DNA of 64,000 nucleotides from Felis catus. Lineage: Eukaryota. Made by a program: the position numbers and the translations under genes. Location: positions 90,150,001 through 90,214,000 of the forward strand of contig NC_058368.1 of the NCBI RefSeq assembly GCF_018350175.1, given 5' to 3'. The notes under the pieces were generated by a model. That model did not search any database. It was not told the origin of the DNA and saw nothing but the letters and a program-made list of their open reading frames with translations. Below, piece after piece: positions 50,863-63,620 of this stretch (within the stretch, counting starts at the first letter, position 1; each line of letters begins with the position of its first letter).

Positions 50863-51642
50863 AGGACAGATCTTTTTGAACAAACCTGCCAGAATATACC
50901 TATTAAAGAGAGTGGTCGTCTTTTCAAACCAGTCACATCACCGTATGTTTATCCGTTGTGTGTACATATATGCACACACATATTGTGCAGCAGTGAAAAC
51001 AAATTGAAATACTTAGCATTTATTTTGTAAGATTTATTTTGTAAGATCTTTTTGATTGATCAATTTTAAAAAGATGTGCAGTGTATCACATCTTTGTCTT
51101 TTCTAGATAGACTTGAATTTTGACCACAATTGAAAGTTCTTTTGAGGCCATTCTTTTTTATGTGCTTGTGAACTCTCTCTTTAGATATTTTTCAAGAGAG
51201 AAGTCTAGTAGCGTTTTAGGCCATCTGTGGGATGAATGGGTAGTCCCCAGAGCAGATTCTTTTGAGTATTTAAGTATATGGTAGTCTTGACTTACTTGCA
51301 AAATGAAACTGTTTTTCAGGACCATCAACATTTGCTTGTTTTATCATCCTTATATTATGCACTAGACATTATTTTCTATGAATTGTTGCAAATGCAGCTT
51401 CGTTTACTGTTGGAAGCAGTTTTAAGTAAAACAAAGGGAGCTCTTCAAATGCAAAGCAGCATAAGTAAAAAAAAAAAAAAGTAGTAAGTACCTACTCTGT
51501 GCTTGAGTTGTACAAGTGCTATAGTTTGTGCAGAAGGCGCTGTATGCACTGCCCGCCTAGGAGGGCCTTGTCTGGATGGCACAAACAGAACATACCATTG
51601 TAGAAGATGGTGCAGGTTGTTTTGGTGGATGTTGTTCTAAAG

Positions 51643-51835
51643 CAGGGGTCTGCAGACTACACCCAGGGGGCCAGCCACCTGTTACTTTACACAGTTATGG
51701 AATACAGCTGTAACCGTTTGTTCACATGTCTTTGGCTGCTTTTGAACTGAGTGGTTGTGACAGAGGAGTCTATGTGGCCTGCAAGCCTAGGCTACTTACT
51801 CTCTGGCGCTTTAAGAAAATGTTTGACGATCTTTG
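51643..51835. mobile_element. hAT-Charlie MITE (MER58A-like)
   Basis: CAGGGGTCTGCAGACTAC...tggcctgcaagcct...aaaatgtttgacgatctttg. Confidence 0.75.
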
Positions 51836-52259
51836 TGCTAAAAGTTCATTTCTACCTTAGTTTTTCCCCGTTGAAAACTGTGTTATGGATTTATGGCTGA
51901 GAGTTTGATTTCTACATTGCCACAAACTGTGAGCTCCTGGCAGTTAGGGACAATGTCTTCCTTGTTTCAGTCCAGCACCTAGGACTGTGCCTGGCACTAG
52001 CAAGCCACTGGAATCTGTGATTGCATTCAGTCTAGCGGTGTTGGGTCTGGTAGTGAAACTGATGGCAGGCTTTGTAGGAAGGTGTTGGGGGCAGGGGTGG
52101 GAGTGGGGGGGGGGTGTTGATGGACAGAGTATACTGTAGGGCCTCTGTTAGTGTGCTGTGTCGTGAATTGCATGAAGACCAGAAAAGTGGAAAATGACTT
52201 GGACTTGTAGTCTAGAAGAGTTTCATTGAAAATGTGGAAATTCGAAGTCAAGCTTGGTT

Positions 52260-53200
52260 AGTTCTGTTTCTAGCCATAATTGAGTAAAAGGGACCAGTTC
52301 ACTTCCCCACCTTAAATGACTAGAAAACATGACAAAGTTATGAAACAGCAGTTTTAGAAATAGGTCAACAAAGAGTACAGGACAGTGATCCCTGAGAGAA
52401 AGGAAATAAACAGTGGAGCTGTATGACTGCCCCAGCTTACTTACAGCCTGGAGAGTTGCCATGTTGCAGTGCAAGGAAGGGGAATCCAGAGGGAACCTGG
52501 TGTTGCCGAATCAGAGTTCAGAGCTCTAGGAGGCCAAGGCAGTTTGAACGGACTTGAATATGCAAGGAGGTAAAATAGAGAGAGGAGGGAGTCGCGCAGG
52601 GAATGAACTCTGGAGAGCCGTGAGGGGTCCCCACGGGTCTTTGGCCAGAGTACTGATCTGCACATTTTATGAAGAACTGTCAGAAATTAGCAGGGGGAAT
52701 TCTTGGAGTTCCCACAGGGCTTGGAATAGTTCATACTCTTACTGATCAGTGTAGGGAGACTGCCTAATGTACACGAGGCCAAATCAGCCCTAAATAAAAG
52801 CCTGTTCTGGACTCCACTTAACAAAGCTTAGGAGCGAACTTGAAAAGGATCAGACTGATTCCAAGTAACTGGTCCAGAACAAAGCTCGACAATATTGAAA
52901 GGGATGCAGTGACATCTGGATCCCAAAAACATAAAATCTAAGACCAACATCCAGTCAGAAATTACTGGGCATGCTAAGAAACAGGAAACTATGACCCATA
53001 ACCAGGCAAAAATAGGCAGTAGCAACAGGCCCAGAAATGGAACAAGTGCTAGAGTTGCAGATAAGGGTGTTAAAACAGCTATTGTAGAGATAGCTTGTTT
53101 AAGGAGGTAAAAGAAAATAACATGCTGAGGAGGGAAATGGATATAGAAAAGACCCACATCAGATGTCTAGCCATGAACTCAGACTTGAGAAAGTGTAGGA
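52260..53200 (+). mobile_element. Old L1M 5' region
   Basis: ccagtcagaaattactgggcatgctaagaaacaggaaactatgacccataacc. Confidence 0.6.
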
Positions 53201-53933
53201 TTTCTGTTGATGAAGGAAAGAAGAACACACTGAGAGAGTGTTTCCTGCTTTGGTGCTCTTGGTTTACCCCAGGCAGTGAGGTACTTAACACATATTGTTT
53301 CACGTATTGTGGGCCAAGAAGGGTGCCAAGTACTGTACTATACATGGACTGTCATTTAATAACAGCCCTAAGTGGTACCGTGTCCTCATTTTGTGAATGT
53401 GAATTTAGGCTTCTCCAGTCTCTCACTTAGTGTCTTTTTTCGAGAGCCCTCTATACGATTGGAAATTATATATCTGGTTTGTTTGTTTATGAGGGCGGGG
53501 ATGCTGTTGCTGTGTCTACTCGTGTGTACACAGTGCTTGGCGTGGCACCTGGAACATAGTAGGGTGGCACTGGTTATTAGCGTTGGGTGAATGAAAGCAG
53601 GAGAGGTAACCTACCAGCTGTATAGCCATTGGGATTCAGCAGAGCTGGGATGTGTTGGAGGTCTGTCTGACTGCAGCATCCATACTTTAACCACTTTTTT
53701 GTACTGCTTCCCGAGTGGGTTTAATAAATTATGATACATCCACTCAGTGGAAAGTTACACAGCCATTAAAGGGGATTGTGAAAGCAAGGTATATCCTACA
53801 AAAATAAACATATAGTGATTGAACTGTGACTGTGTTAAATTTGTTTACAGTGGATTAAGACTCAGAGTAATGTGCAAAAATAAAAATGATTGTGTTCTAT
53901 TGATTGGATCATTGGGGGACATTTTTCGTTTTC

Positions 53934-53964
<31 letters not shown>

Positions 53965-55149
53965 AAATGGTTAATTTTCAGTACACAACCTTCATAAGGG
54001 AAAAGTCATACTTCCCGAAGGGAACAAGTAAGTGTGTACAGGTTGGGTGTTTGTTTATTCCCAAAACTTAAAAAAAAAAAAAAAAAATGGAGTGAATTCC
54101 AAGCCATGGTCAGAGCAGGAAACTGGACGATACTAGACATAAAATTTAAAGGACATGTTTTTCCCTAGTAAGAGAAGAGGAACTCCAAGACCAGGGACAG
54201 TTGGTCCAATTGTGAAACAACTAAAATGTGACACAGTTGTGAGCAGTTAGCAGATCCTAGAAAGGGAAGTGGAATCCAAACACAGGCCGTTCTGTAACAT
54301 TTTTATAATGACGATATTAGTGCTTTAGTGGTTTTGTTGGTTTTCAGTGTTTAAGATCAATCTGTAGTTAAAGTGTGGAAGGCCCTATTGGTTGCAGAAG
54401 AAAGAGAAAGCAAACATTTCGACCTAAGCATCTGTAACTATAAATAGATGACAAAGGTAGAGAAATGGAAGAGCGAAAAGACATGTCAGGAGCTGGTAAG
54501 GGCCGGTGACTTCATCTCACTGGGTGAGCATTCAGGAGGTCGGCTGTAGTTGCAGACACTGGGAAGGTTGAACCACAGAGGAAAATAATGAAACAATGAA
54601 ATCAGGGAAGAGGGAAAATGGAGAAGCCTAAATGAGCAGAATCTTGATTTGTAGCCTCATAAATCTGCAGATAATGTCTTACATTGACAAACCAGGAAAC
54701 AATGGCGATGAGCCTTTGTGGGACTGTAGAAGGTGACCACTAGAAGAACTAAAAACAAGGTTGCTTTGGGGGACCTAGGACAATGGAGTGAATGGGACAG
54801 GTATACTTCACTGTAAGCCATTGGGTGAAGTTTGTCTTTTCTGTGTGTGTACAGTAAGCTTCCCACTCATTCCCCCATCCACACTGCAAATGAATTCTGT
54901 GCCCACCCCTTTCTCTTTTGTGCAGAAGCTCCCTGCTTTCCCAGCATCTGAGGTCTTCTCCAACTATAGTGACTTGCTATAAAATGTAGGGTTCTTTAGA
55001 AACTAAGCACTGTCTCCAGAGAGTTCCTGTTTAGTAGCCACTGATGGACCACGAAATCAGGAAACGCTACCATTGAATTAACTGCTTTTATTTTATAAAC
55101 AGATCTAAGTCTATAGACCCTAAACTAATTTATGATAGTAGCTACTATG

Positions 55150-56400
55150 TTGGCTCATAGTGTTTCCCTTTCTTCTGGCAACTACCTTTCTCCTCAGTCA
55201 GTTGTGATAAGGCCTCAGCATTAATTGAATTCAGCATAGCATGACCCTGTCCTTTGGCTGATTTTGGATAGAGGAAGCTCTTTCAGCCCCCTCTGGCTTC
55301 TCACTTCTCTCCTTATTTGATGTAGAGTCCATGATTCTTCACATTAATCTTCCCTTTTTCCTCTGTTCTGTATCACACTCACTTGGCAAAATGTCAATCC
55401 AGGGTGAACCACTACCATCCGTCTCTGTGCTTCCTGTCACCATGCAGTTGCATGTGGCTGGAGAAAATCTGAACAACGCAGCTGACCAGGGTTTGAGAAC
55501 ATAACATTTAAGCAGAAACAAATGGGCACTTAACTATGCTCAGTAATACAAAAATATTTTTTTAAGTTTTTTATTTATTAAGTAATCTCTGCACCCAGCA
55601 TGGGGCTCAAACCTATGACCCCAAGATCAAGCGTCACATGCTCTTCTGACTGAGCCAGCAGCCAGGTGCACCCCCAAAATACTCCTAAAGAAGTGGGACA
55701 ACTCTAAGGCAACAGTTTTCTTTTTCTCCGATGCCTGCTGTTGTGTCTTCCTCTACTTTCAGCCTAGTCTTCCCTTGTGAGCCTAGAGTCACACATTCAA
55801 CTCTGTCTGCATGGTATCTTCAACCTAAATGTCTCGAGGACATCTCCAGATTTAGAAACCTCAGATGGAGCCTTTGATACATTTTTTTTTGCCTTCCAGC
55901 CTGCTACCGCTGCTCCCTGATCCTCCCCATCTCAACAAATGACATCACCGTCCACATTTAGGGTCATCCTTGCTTCTTCTCCTCACATTCCACATCTGAT
56001 CTTCCCTCCACAGTTTACCTGCAGGATATACATATCTCTGTGTGACTTGTCATTTTCACTCCTGCCTTCTCAGTATGGGCAGCTCTCCCCTCTTACCCTG
56101 TCTTGGTCTCTGCTTTTCTCTTAACTTCCATCAGTCTTTTCTCCCTACAGTAGCCAGGATAATCTTGAAGCTTCTACAGGAAATCGTAACACTCCTTGCT
56201 TAACCCCCTTCCGGGTCTTCTCATTATCCTCAGAATGGAAATCTGAGCTCCCTCCCTGTGGTCTCCTCCAGTGGCTCCAGCCACGTATCTCACCCCTGCT
56301 TACCATGCTGAAGCTATATAGCTTGATCATCAGTGATTCTCAAGTCAGCCACCCATCCGAAGCCTCAGCATTCCTATCCGATGATTGTACAGCTTAAGCT
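55150..56400 (+). mobile_element. L2 LINE fragments
   Basis: C/T-rich L2-like segments (cacattcaactctgtc...ggacatctcca; cagaatggaaatctgagctcc). Confidence 0.55.
55557..55675 (-). mobile_element. Can-SINE, short form
   Basis: gtaatctctgcacccagcatggggctcaaac...tgagccagc. Confidence 0.8.
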
Positions 56401-56592
56401 TGAACAAATGAATGACAGAAATCTATCACATTCATCTCTGGAAAGCAGTGTTAGAAAGTTTTTCATCTGGGGAAAAAACTTGGTTCAGATATTTGTAGGC
56501 AATAGTTAATTTCCTTGTTTGACTCAAGCCCTCTAACCTTTTGGTTTTATATCTCTGTTTCTTTTGATTGCTCTTAAGAATATGGTATCGTA

Positions 56593-56800
56593 GGGGTGCC
56601 TGGGTGGCTCAGTCGGTTAAGTGTCCAACTTTGGCTCAGGTCATGAACTCGCAGTTTGTGAGTTGGAGCCCTGCATTAGGCTCTGTGCTGACAGCTTGGA
56701 GCCCGGATTCTGTGTCTCCCTCTCTCTCTTCCCCTCCCCTGCTCATGCTTTGTCTCTCTCTGTCTCTCAAAAATAAATGTTAAAAAAAAAATTTAAAAAG
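56593..56800 (+). mobile_element. Can-SINE
   Basis: TSD aagaatatggtat(c/t)gta. Confidence 0.9.
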
Positions 56801-56852
56801 AATATGGTATTGTAAACTTCAGAGGGTATTTGTCAGTATTCCACTTAAAGGA

Positions 56853-57297
56853 TGCAGTGGGTTGAATAATGTCCCATAAAAGTTCATGTCCACCTGGAAT
56901 CTGAGTGTGACCTTATTTGGAAATAGGATCTTGACAAATGTAAGTAGTTGAGGATCAAGATAAGATCATAGTAGTTTAGGATGGGCTCTAAATCCAATGT
57001 GGGTGTCCTTATAAGGAGAAGAGAGGACTCAGGCACACAGTGAAAAGAGCCACAGGAAGATAGAGGGAAACAGAGATCAGGGTTACACTGCCACAGCCAG
57101 GGAACACCAAGGTTTTCTGGGCCCCAGAAGCTAGGAGAGAGCCATGGGACTGTTTTCCTTTTGGAGCCTACGGAAGGAACTAAGACACCTTGATTTCAAT
57201 TTCCAGCCTCCAGAACTGTGGGACAGTACATTTTCTGTTGTCTTAAGTCACCCAAGTTTGTGGTCATTTGTTATGGCAGGCTTAGGAAATGAATACA
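56853..57297 (+). mobile_element. MaLR LTR (MLT1-type)
   Basis: gggttgaataatgtccc...ccagcctccagaactgtggga...aggaaatgaataca. Confidence 0.85.
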
Positions 57298-57644
57298 GAA
57301 GAAACCCAAAACTGAACACAGTAATGCATTTGGTTTCACCAAAGCAGAAGAGAGTAGAAGTGTTTTTTTTTCCATCATGCTGGACACCTGCCGAGAGTCA
57401 TATAAGTTATTTTGGTAGCCCTAATTACTGACTCATACTGAGCTTACTGTTGATTAAACCTTCTGAGTCTTTTCCAGAGGCTGCCCTAAGCTGTGTGATT
57501 TTATCTTCACTGGATGTAGCCTGTTCATTCAACCTTTCAAGATGTTTTTGGAATCCTGATTTGTCACCGCAGTCTTTACTCTTTCCAGCAGCTTTGTGTC
57601 ACCAGTGAATGTGATGAGCATACCTTCTGTATCTTCATTTAAGT

Positions 57645-57838
57645 CAGGTCGTAACCTTCTGGACTTATGGATCCCCTTTAAGACTTTAATGAAGGCCATA
57701 GAGCTTTCTGCCAAAAAATAAAAATAAATAAAAAAAATTAAAAAATTAGGTAATAACAAAATTTTCAGTAAGGTTTAGAAGGTTCAGATACTTTTTGCAG
57801 TCCCAGGTGGTCCATAATCCCAGAGTTAAGAATCCCTG
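57645..57838. mobile_element. hAT-Charlie MITE
   Basis: TIR-like ends CAGGTCGTAACCT and AGTTAAGAATCCCTG. Confidence 0.55.
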
Positions 57839-58151
57839 CTCTAAGTTATTGATAAAAGTATTGAAGAATGTTAATGAACAGACCCTTGTAGTGTGTTTCT
57901 CAGAATCTTCTAAGATGGCATCGTTCCATTAATCAGCACTTTGGGGGTGTGGGCACTCCACAGAGTTTTCTAATTCACTTCGTTGACTTTGCCTTTGGTG
58001 CATATTTTTTAGTGTTATGATATCTTAAATGATGTAATCAAGTGTTTTGGTGGAAAAAACAAAGACATCTTATTTACTCTCTTCCTGATTTGCTAGGTCA
58101 GGAGCTATGGCAAGGAAGGAAAAGAAGTGAATCTTCCATGGCTTAGCCATA

Positions 58152-58637
58152 GTGTGTTAGTTTTCTGTTGCCACTGTAACCAGTTTCCACAAACTAGATG
58201 GCTTAAAAAAACACAGATTTATTGTCTTACAGTTCTAGAAGTGCAAAGCCTAAAATGGATCTCACTGGGCTACAATCAAGGCATTGGCAATCCTGCATTC
58301 CTTCCGGAGGTTCTATGGGAGAATCCATTTTCTTCACTTTCCCAGCTTCTGGAGGCTGCCTACATTCTTGCCCTTCCTCTGTCTTCAAAACCTGTAGTGA
58401 AGCATCTGCAAAGTGCTCTCTATTTGACTTCCTGCCTCTCTCTTCCACACCTAAAACCCCTCTGATTACCTTAGGCCCACCCTCACAGTCCAGGGTAATC
58501 TTTATTCTAAAGTCAGCTGAAGAGCAACCTGAATTGCCTCTTGCTGTGTAACCTAACGAATTCACAGGTCCCAGGGATTAGGATGGGGACATGCGGGGGG
58601 GGGGGGGGGGGGGGGGAGCATCATTCTGCCTCCCATA
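58152..58637 (-). mobile_element. MaLR LTR (MLT1-type) containing a 22-G run
   Basis: tgtgttagttttctgttgcc...cagatttattgtcttacagttctagaag; G run 58595-58616. Confidence 0.8.
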
Positions 58638-59134
58638 CATAACCAGCTTGTGCCAGCACCCCATTATTACAGCTTTCTCTTCTCAGTATCTACGTTATTC
58701 CTTTAATAATAACTTCTGAAATTTTGCCAAGGATCAGCAGTTTCCTAACACGTCCATAACTTGCACAGTGCATCTTTATCACTTTGTAAACATTGGAGTG
58801 CTATTTACACAGGTTACTTTTCTAATATTGTTCTGTGATTCCTCAATGACCACCGTCAGTGATGCTCTTTCTCATTTGTGTGTCACCAAACTGCGATTCA
58901 TCTCGATCAGAAACCCTAAACTCAGGTGGGACAGCTGCTTCCATACTTACTCAGCAAATAATTATTAAATACCTACTGTGTGGCAGGCAGGACAGGAAGT
59001 TCCTGCATGCCGTCTGAGGCAAGGTAAGTCAGCGCCTGTATATTGCATATATATTATCTGGTATATATTGTCTGGTGGTGCAAACAGACACTAAACAGAT
59101 AATAACCCAAGTAATTGTTAATAATTCTTAGGGA

Positions 59135-59345
59135 GGGGTGCCCGGGTTGCTCAGTCGGTTAAGCATCTGGCTTTAGCTCAGGTCATGATCTCACAGTTCG
59201 TGGGGTTGAGCCCCACGTCAGGCTCTGTGCTGACAGCTCAGAGCCTGGAGCCTGCTTCAGATTCTATGACTCCCTCTCTCTGCCCCTCCCCCACTCATTC
59301 ATATTCTCTGTCTCTCTCTCTCTCTCTCAAATAAATAAAGGCTTA
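59135..59345 (+). mobile_element. Can-SINE
   Basis: TSD-like taattctt(a/g)ggga. Confidence 0.9.
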
Positions 59346-59699
59346 AATAAATTTAGTAATTCTTGGGGAAAGTACCAGGATGTCAAGAGGGCATAAACGA
59401 GAGAGCTGACCTGGTCTAGGATACTCTGAAGAAATATTAATGCCTCATGAGACTAAAGCATGAGCAGATATTAAGATGGGCAGAGAAAGGAAGACCATTC
59501 CAGGCCAGGGAAGCCTATATGAAGACTAAACGGTACAAAAAACCCCTTAATGTGCTGGAGGAAATGAATGGAGGAATTTTGGAGGATAAGGGGGAGAGTG
59601 GTACACAGTAGAGGTGAAAAAGCAGGTCAGTACTTACTAGGCTGTGTTAGGATTTTTGACCGTGTCTCAAGAAGAATAAAACTTTTGAAGGGTTTCCTG

Positions 59700-60020
59700 G
59701 TTTGTTTAATGTTTAGTTATGGTAAAACACATAGAATACAAAAGTTACCATCTTAACCATTTTTAAGTGTACAGTTACATCCACTCACGTTGTTGTACAA
59801 CCAGATCTCCAGAACTCTTTGTTTTGCAGTGCTGTAACTCCCTGTTTCCCCCTCCACCAGTCCCTGGCAACCACCCTTCTACTTTGTCTCTGAATTCGAC
59901 TGCTCTAGGAATCGCAAAGAAGTGGAACCATACAGTATTTCATTTTGCGACTGACTTGTTTCACTTAGCATGATGTCCTCAAGGTCCATCCGTGTTGTAG
60001 CATGAGTCAGAATTCTGTTA
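59700..60020 (-). mobile_element. L1M 3' end fragment
   Basis: accatcttaaccatttttaagtgtacag...tcacttagcatgatgtcctcaaggtccatcc. Confidence 0.8.
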
Positions 60021-60324
60021 AAGGGTCTTAACCTGAGGAGTGAGATAACCAGATTTTTTTGAATTAACGTTTTCGCTGTAACACACACAGAAAAATACGC
60101 AATCGTAAGTCTGCAGCTTGGTGAATTACCGTAGTGCACACACTGATATAACCCCAAACCTCGTCAAGAAAGTGAGTATAACCAGCTTCACAGAGTTCTC
60201 CAGAAGCCCCCTTTCAGTCACTCACCTCCTCCCTCCCTCCCCAGATTTTGAACACCACAGATTATGCCTGTTTAACTTTGTGTACCTAGATCATGGTACA
60301 ATTTTTGTGTATTCTTAAAAAAAT

Positions 60325-60523
60325 TGTTTTTTAATGTTTATTTATTTTAGAGACAGAACAGTAGCAGAGGAGGGGCAGAGAGAACTGGAGACAGAATCTT
60401 AAGCAGGCTGCAGGCTCTGAGCTGTCAGCACAGAGCCCAGTGCGGGGCTCGAACCCACAAACCACGAGATCATGACCTGAGCCAAAGTCGGACATTTAAC
60501 CGACTGAGCCACCCAGGCGCCCC
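60325..60523 (-). mobile_element. Can-SINE
   Basis: Head on minus strand. Confidence 0.9.
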
Positions 60524-61799
60524 TCTCCTTGTATATTCTTGTGGCTAGTTTCTTTTGCTCACATCACTGATTTGTGAGGTGAACTCATGTTGCTCTATGT
60601 AGCAGTTTTGTCAGTGACCCAGTACATGAATATATCATGGTTTATCCATTCCGTTGATGGACACCAGGTTGCCTGCTTTGTGGCTGTTACAATTACTGCT
60701 GACATAAACACCTCCTACAAGTCTGGTTACACATGTAGCATTTTACTGGGTGTGCTTAGGAAGGGAATTACTACCTCCTGCTCAGTTTTCTTTCAGGCCC
60801 CGTTTGTCTAAGACAATTCATCATGCTTTCTCCAAAAATCTGTTCCTCCTCTGACGTTTGCTGTTTGAGTCAACAGCACCACCTTCTACCCAGTGTTATG
60901 CCAGAAACTCAGACATCTTCTTTAGACCCCCAGCCACCATACCTAATTACTTACCAACTCTTGTTGATCCAGATTCTTAAACATCTCTAAAATGTGTCCA
61001 TGTCTCCCCACATCAACTGTAACCTATTCTAGTTTCTCATCTAGACTATGGCTTCCTAACATGCTTCCCTGTGTGCACAATTACCTGCTCTAACCTGTTC
61101 CCTATAGTATGGGAGCACAGACTTTCTTGGTTGTGGATATACAGGTACCCCCAATATATGTTTTATACTTATGAATGTTGTACCACATTCTTGATGTTCT
61201 TTGGCATACTATCTTAAGGCCCAGCACTTGGCCTTCATTAGGCCACCCGCTGTAATAAATCTGTATTTCTAATAGTCTTCAGGTTAATTTCTAACTTTTT
61301 GGCTTTCTCTTACAAATCTGATTAGTTGGGTTTTGGAGTTTGGTGGGGAGGGGGTGTTTTTTGGTGTGTGTGTTTTTGGGTTTTTGGGGGGGGTGGCTTT
61401 TTTTTTCTTTTTTCTTTTTTCTTTTTTTTTTTGCCCTTTCAGGGTGGCTAAAAAAAGCTTGTACACCAGTAGAAATGTCAGTTCTGCCCATTGGCTTTAC
61501 TTTGCGGTGTTTTTTTTTTTTTTTAAGGCATTTGTGTTATTTGATGAGGGATGATTTATTTAAAAGTAGATGGTCTCATCTGTAACTCCACATAATGCAG
61601 CTATTTGACAATACTGTGAAAGCAAACACACATGTGAGGGGAGTCACGGCTATCCTGTTTTCATTTGTGGGATCCTACTCAGGACACCTTCGGTACCATA
61701 GGAGACACACAGCATCTGGACATGGATTGAGAAAAGCAGCCAGTGTTAATCCATAAGGAAACATCGTAAAGCTTAATTTCTTATTCCCTATAACAGGAT

Positions 61800-62345
61800 G
61801 ATTTTCTTTTGTTAACTCAAGTAAACTTAGGTCAGTAGATACAAGATCAGTACACATACAAAAAAGTAAATTGTGCTTCTCTATGCCAGGAACAATCAAT
61901 TAGAAAATAATTTTTAAAAAAATAGTATTTAAAATGGCATTGGCATTGAAAACTATAAAACATTGTCACAAGAAACTAAAGATCTAAATAAGTAGAAAGA
62001 CATCCCATATTCATGGATCCAAAGACTTAATATTGTTCATATGGCAATACTGCCCAAATGACCTACAGGTTCAACATAACCCTAAGAAAATACCAGGGGG
62101 ATTTTTGCAGAGATTGACAAGCTGATTCCAAAATTCATGTGGACCCTGACTAGTCAACACAGTCTTGAAAAAGAACAAGATTAAAAGGATCACATTTCCT
62201 GATTTCAAAACCTAACTACAATACAGTGTAGTACTGGCATAGAGCTACAGATTAGTGGAATAGAAGTGAGATCAATTGATTGTTTGCAAAGATGCCAAGA
62301 CAATTCAGTGGGTAAAAAGAATAGTCTTTTCAGCAAAAGGTGCTG
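61800..62345 (+). mobile_element. L1 ORF2 fragment
   Basis: gatctaaataagtagaaagacatcccatattcatgga...gacaagctgattccaaaattcatgtgga. Confidence 0.8.
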
Positions 62346-62540
62346 AGAAGACTGACTAGCCAATAGGACTGACAGGGAGAGAAAGGGAGCCAAAGAAATG
62401 TCCATTATCTTATAAGTTAAGTGGTTAGCTACCACTGACACTGCTGAGGAGAATGTTATGCCCAGGGCTGGAAAATTTCCTTTGCATTTGATGTAAAGCA
62501 AAGTGACCAGAAATTTGGAAGAAAGCAACTATATTATTGT

Positions 62541-62740
62541 GGGTTTTTTTTTTAAGTTTATTTATTTTAAGAGAGGGAAAGAGTACACAAGTGAGGGAGG
62601 AACAGAGAGAGGGGGGGAGAGAGAATCCCAAGCAGGTTTCGTCCTGCCAGTGCCGATATGGGGCTCGAACCCACGAACCATGGGATCATGAGCCAAAATC
62701 AAGAGTCGGACGCTTAACCAGCTGAGCCACCCAGGCACCC
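62541..62740 (-). mobile_element. Can-SINE inserted in the left arm of an inverted repeat
   Basis: TSD gcaactatat(t/c)att. Confidence 0.9.
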
Positions 62741-62899
62741 TGCAACTATATCATTTTTAAGTTTGCAAATCCTAGGGCAAAGAAAGCTGGGTAATTACAT
62801 CTTAATGGGATGGAAGTTTTCTTGAAGAAACCAGCATGCATGCACAAGATATATTAAACAGCAGGTTTACTGAAATGAAATGGAAGTATGTAACAGAGA

Positions 62900-63620
62900 A
62901 ACCTGTCTTAAGAATCAGCATATTTGCTTTCTGACAGTCTCCGCACCCATTTTCAATGTCCTTTAGCCTTACTGGGATGGTCTTATTCTCAGGTTGTTCT
63001 CCTTAATAGAGGAAACAAAAGCAAAAAGGTTTTGAAAATGTTTTCATCCATTATTTTGTTGACCCTGAGCAGTAGACATACTTCTTTTGTTTCTGTCATT
63101 ATTTGCAATCTTTAACTCTGGACTTTTTAATTTTTGAAGATAATTTTCTGAGTCTGTACTGTCATCCTACATTTGCCTTTACAGCCCTTGTGTGAGCCTT
63201 TCTTAAACTTTATCTTGTGCATTCTTGCTGGTGTCTTCATTTTCTTTCTCATCAGGATGATTTGTAATTACCCAGCTATCTTTGCCCTGGGTTTTACAAA
63301 CTCTGTGATAATGGGTTGCTTTCTTCCTAATTACTAGTCCCTTCACGTAATGGGTGTGTGTTAGGTTCTGGGTAGCAGTTTCCCCTGGTTCTCCCTAGCC
63401 ATTATCGTGTTGGAGATGGAATGAATGCTAAGGCAGATCACGAACTTGTCAGATACTAATTTTAGCGGAACAAGATCTCTGCAGTTCTTTGGGTCGTTGG
63501 CACCCGTTTGGCCAGTTGATGTAGGTATATTGCCCCCATCAGAGTTTCTTTCCTGTCTCTTAGACACATTCTTGAGTTCTCTTCAGTTGGATTTCCCTAT
63601 AGGACATCTGTTATCTTGAT
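62900..63620 (-). mobile_element. CR1/L3 LINE fossil (endonuclease and linker region)
   Basis: Minus-strand SDKFVICLS... and QNLFAFVSSIKE, resembling CR1 SDKFLTCLADNF and LNxFFASVF motifs. Confidence 0.55.

Larger units (their letters stand above)
57310..58870 (-). mobile_element. CR1/L3 LINE fossil (RT region), interrupted by a hAT MITE and an MLT1 LTR
   Basis: ORF 57529-57759 contains EGMLITFTGDTKL, resembling the CR1 LIKFADDTKL motif; QGSV...FNTFIN-like segment near 57850-57890. Confidence 0.7.

Noticed and set aside
61580..61790. Possible plus-strand CR1 3'-end remnant
   Set aside because: Similarity is too weak to support by eye.
549..62725. Recurrent peptides such as GSVLTAQSLEPASDSVSPSLS, and regular repeats that might suggest an array
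   Set aside because: All derive from dispersed Can-SINEs; this is neither a gene family nor a CRISPR array.
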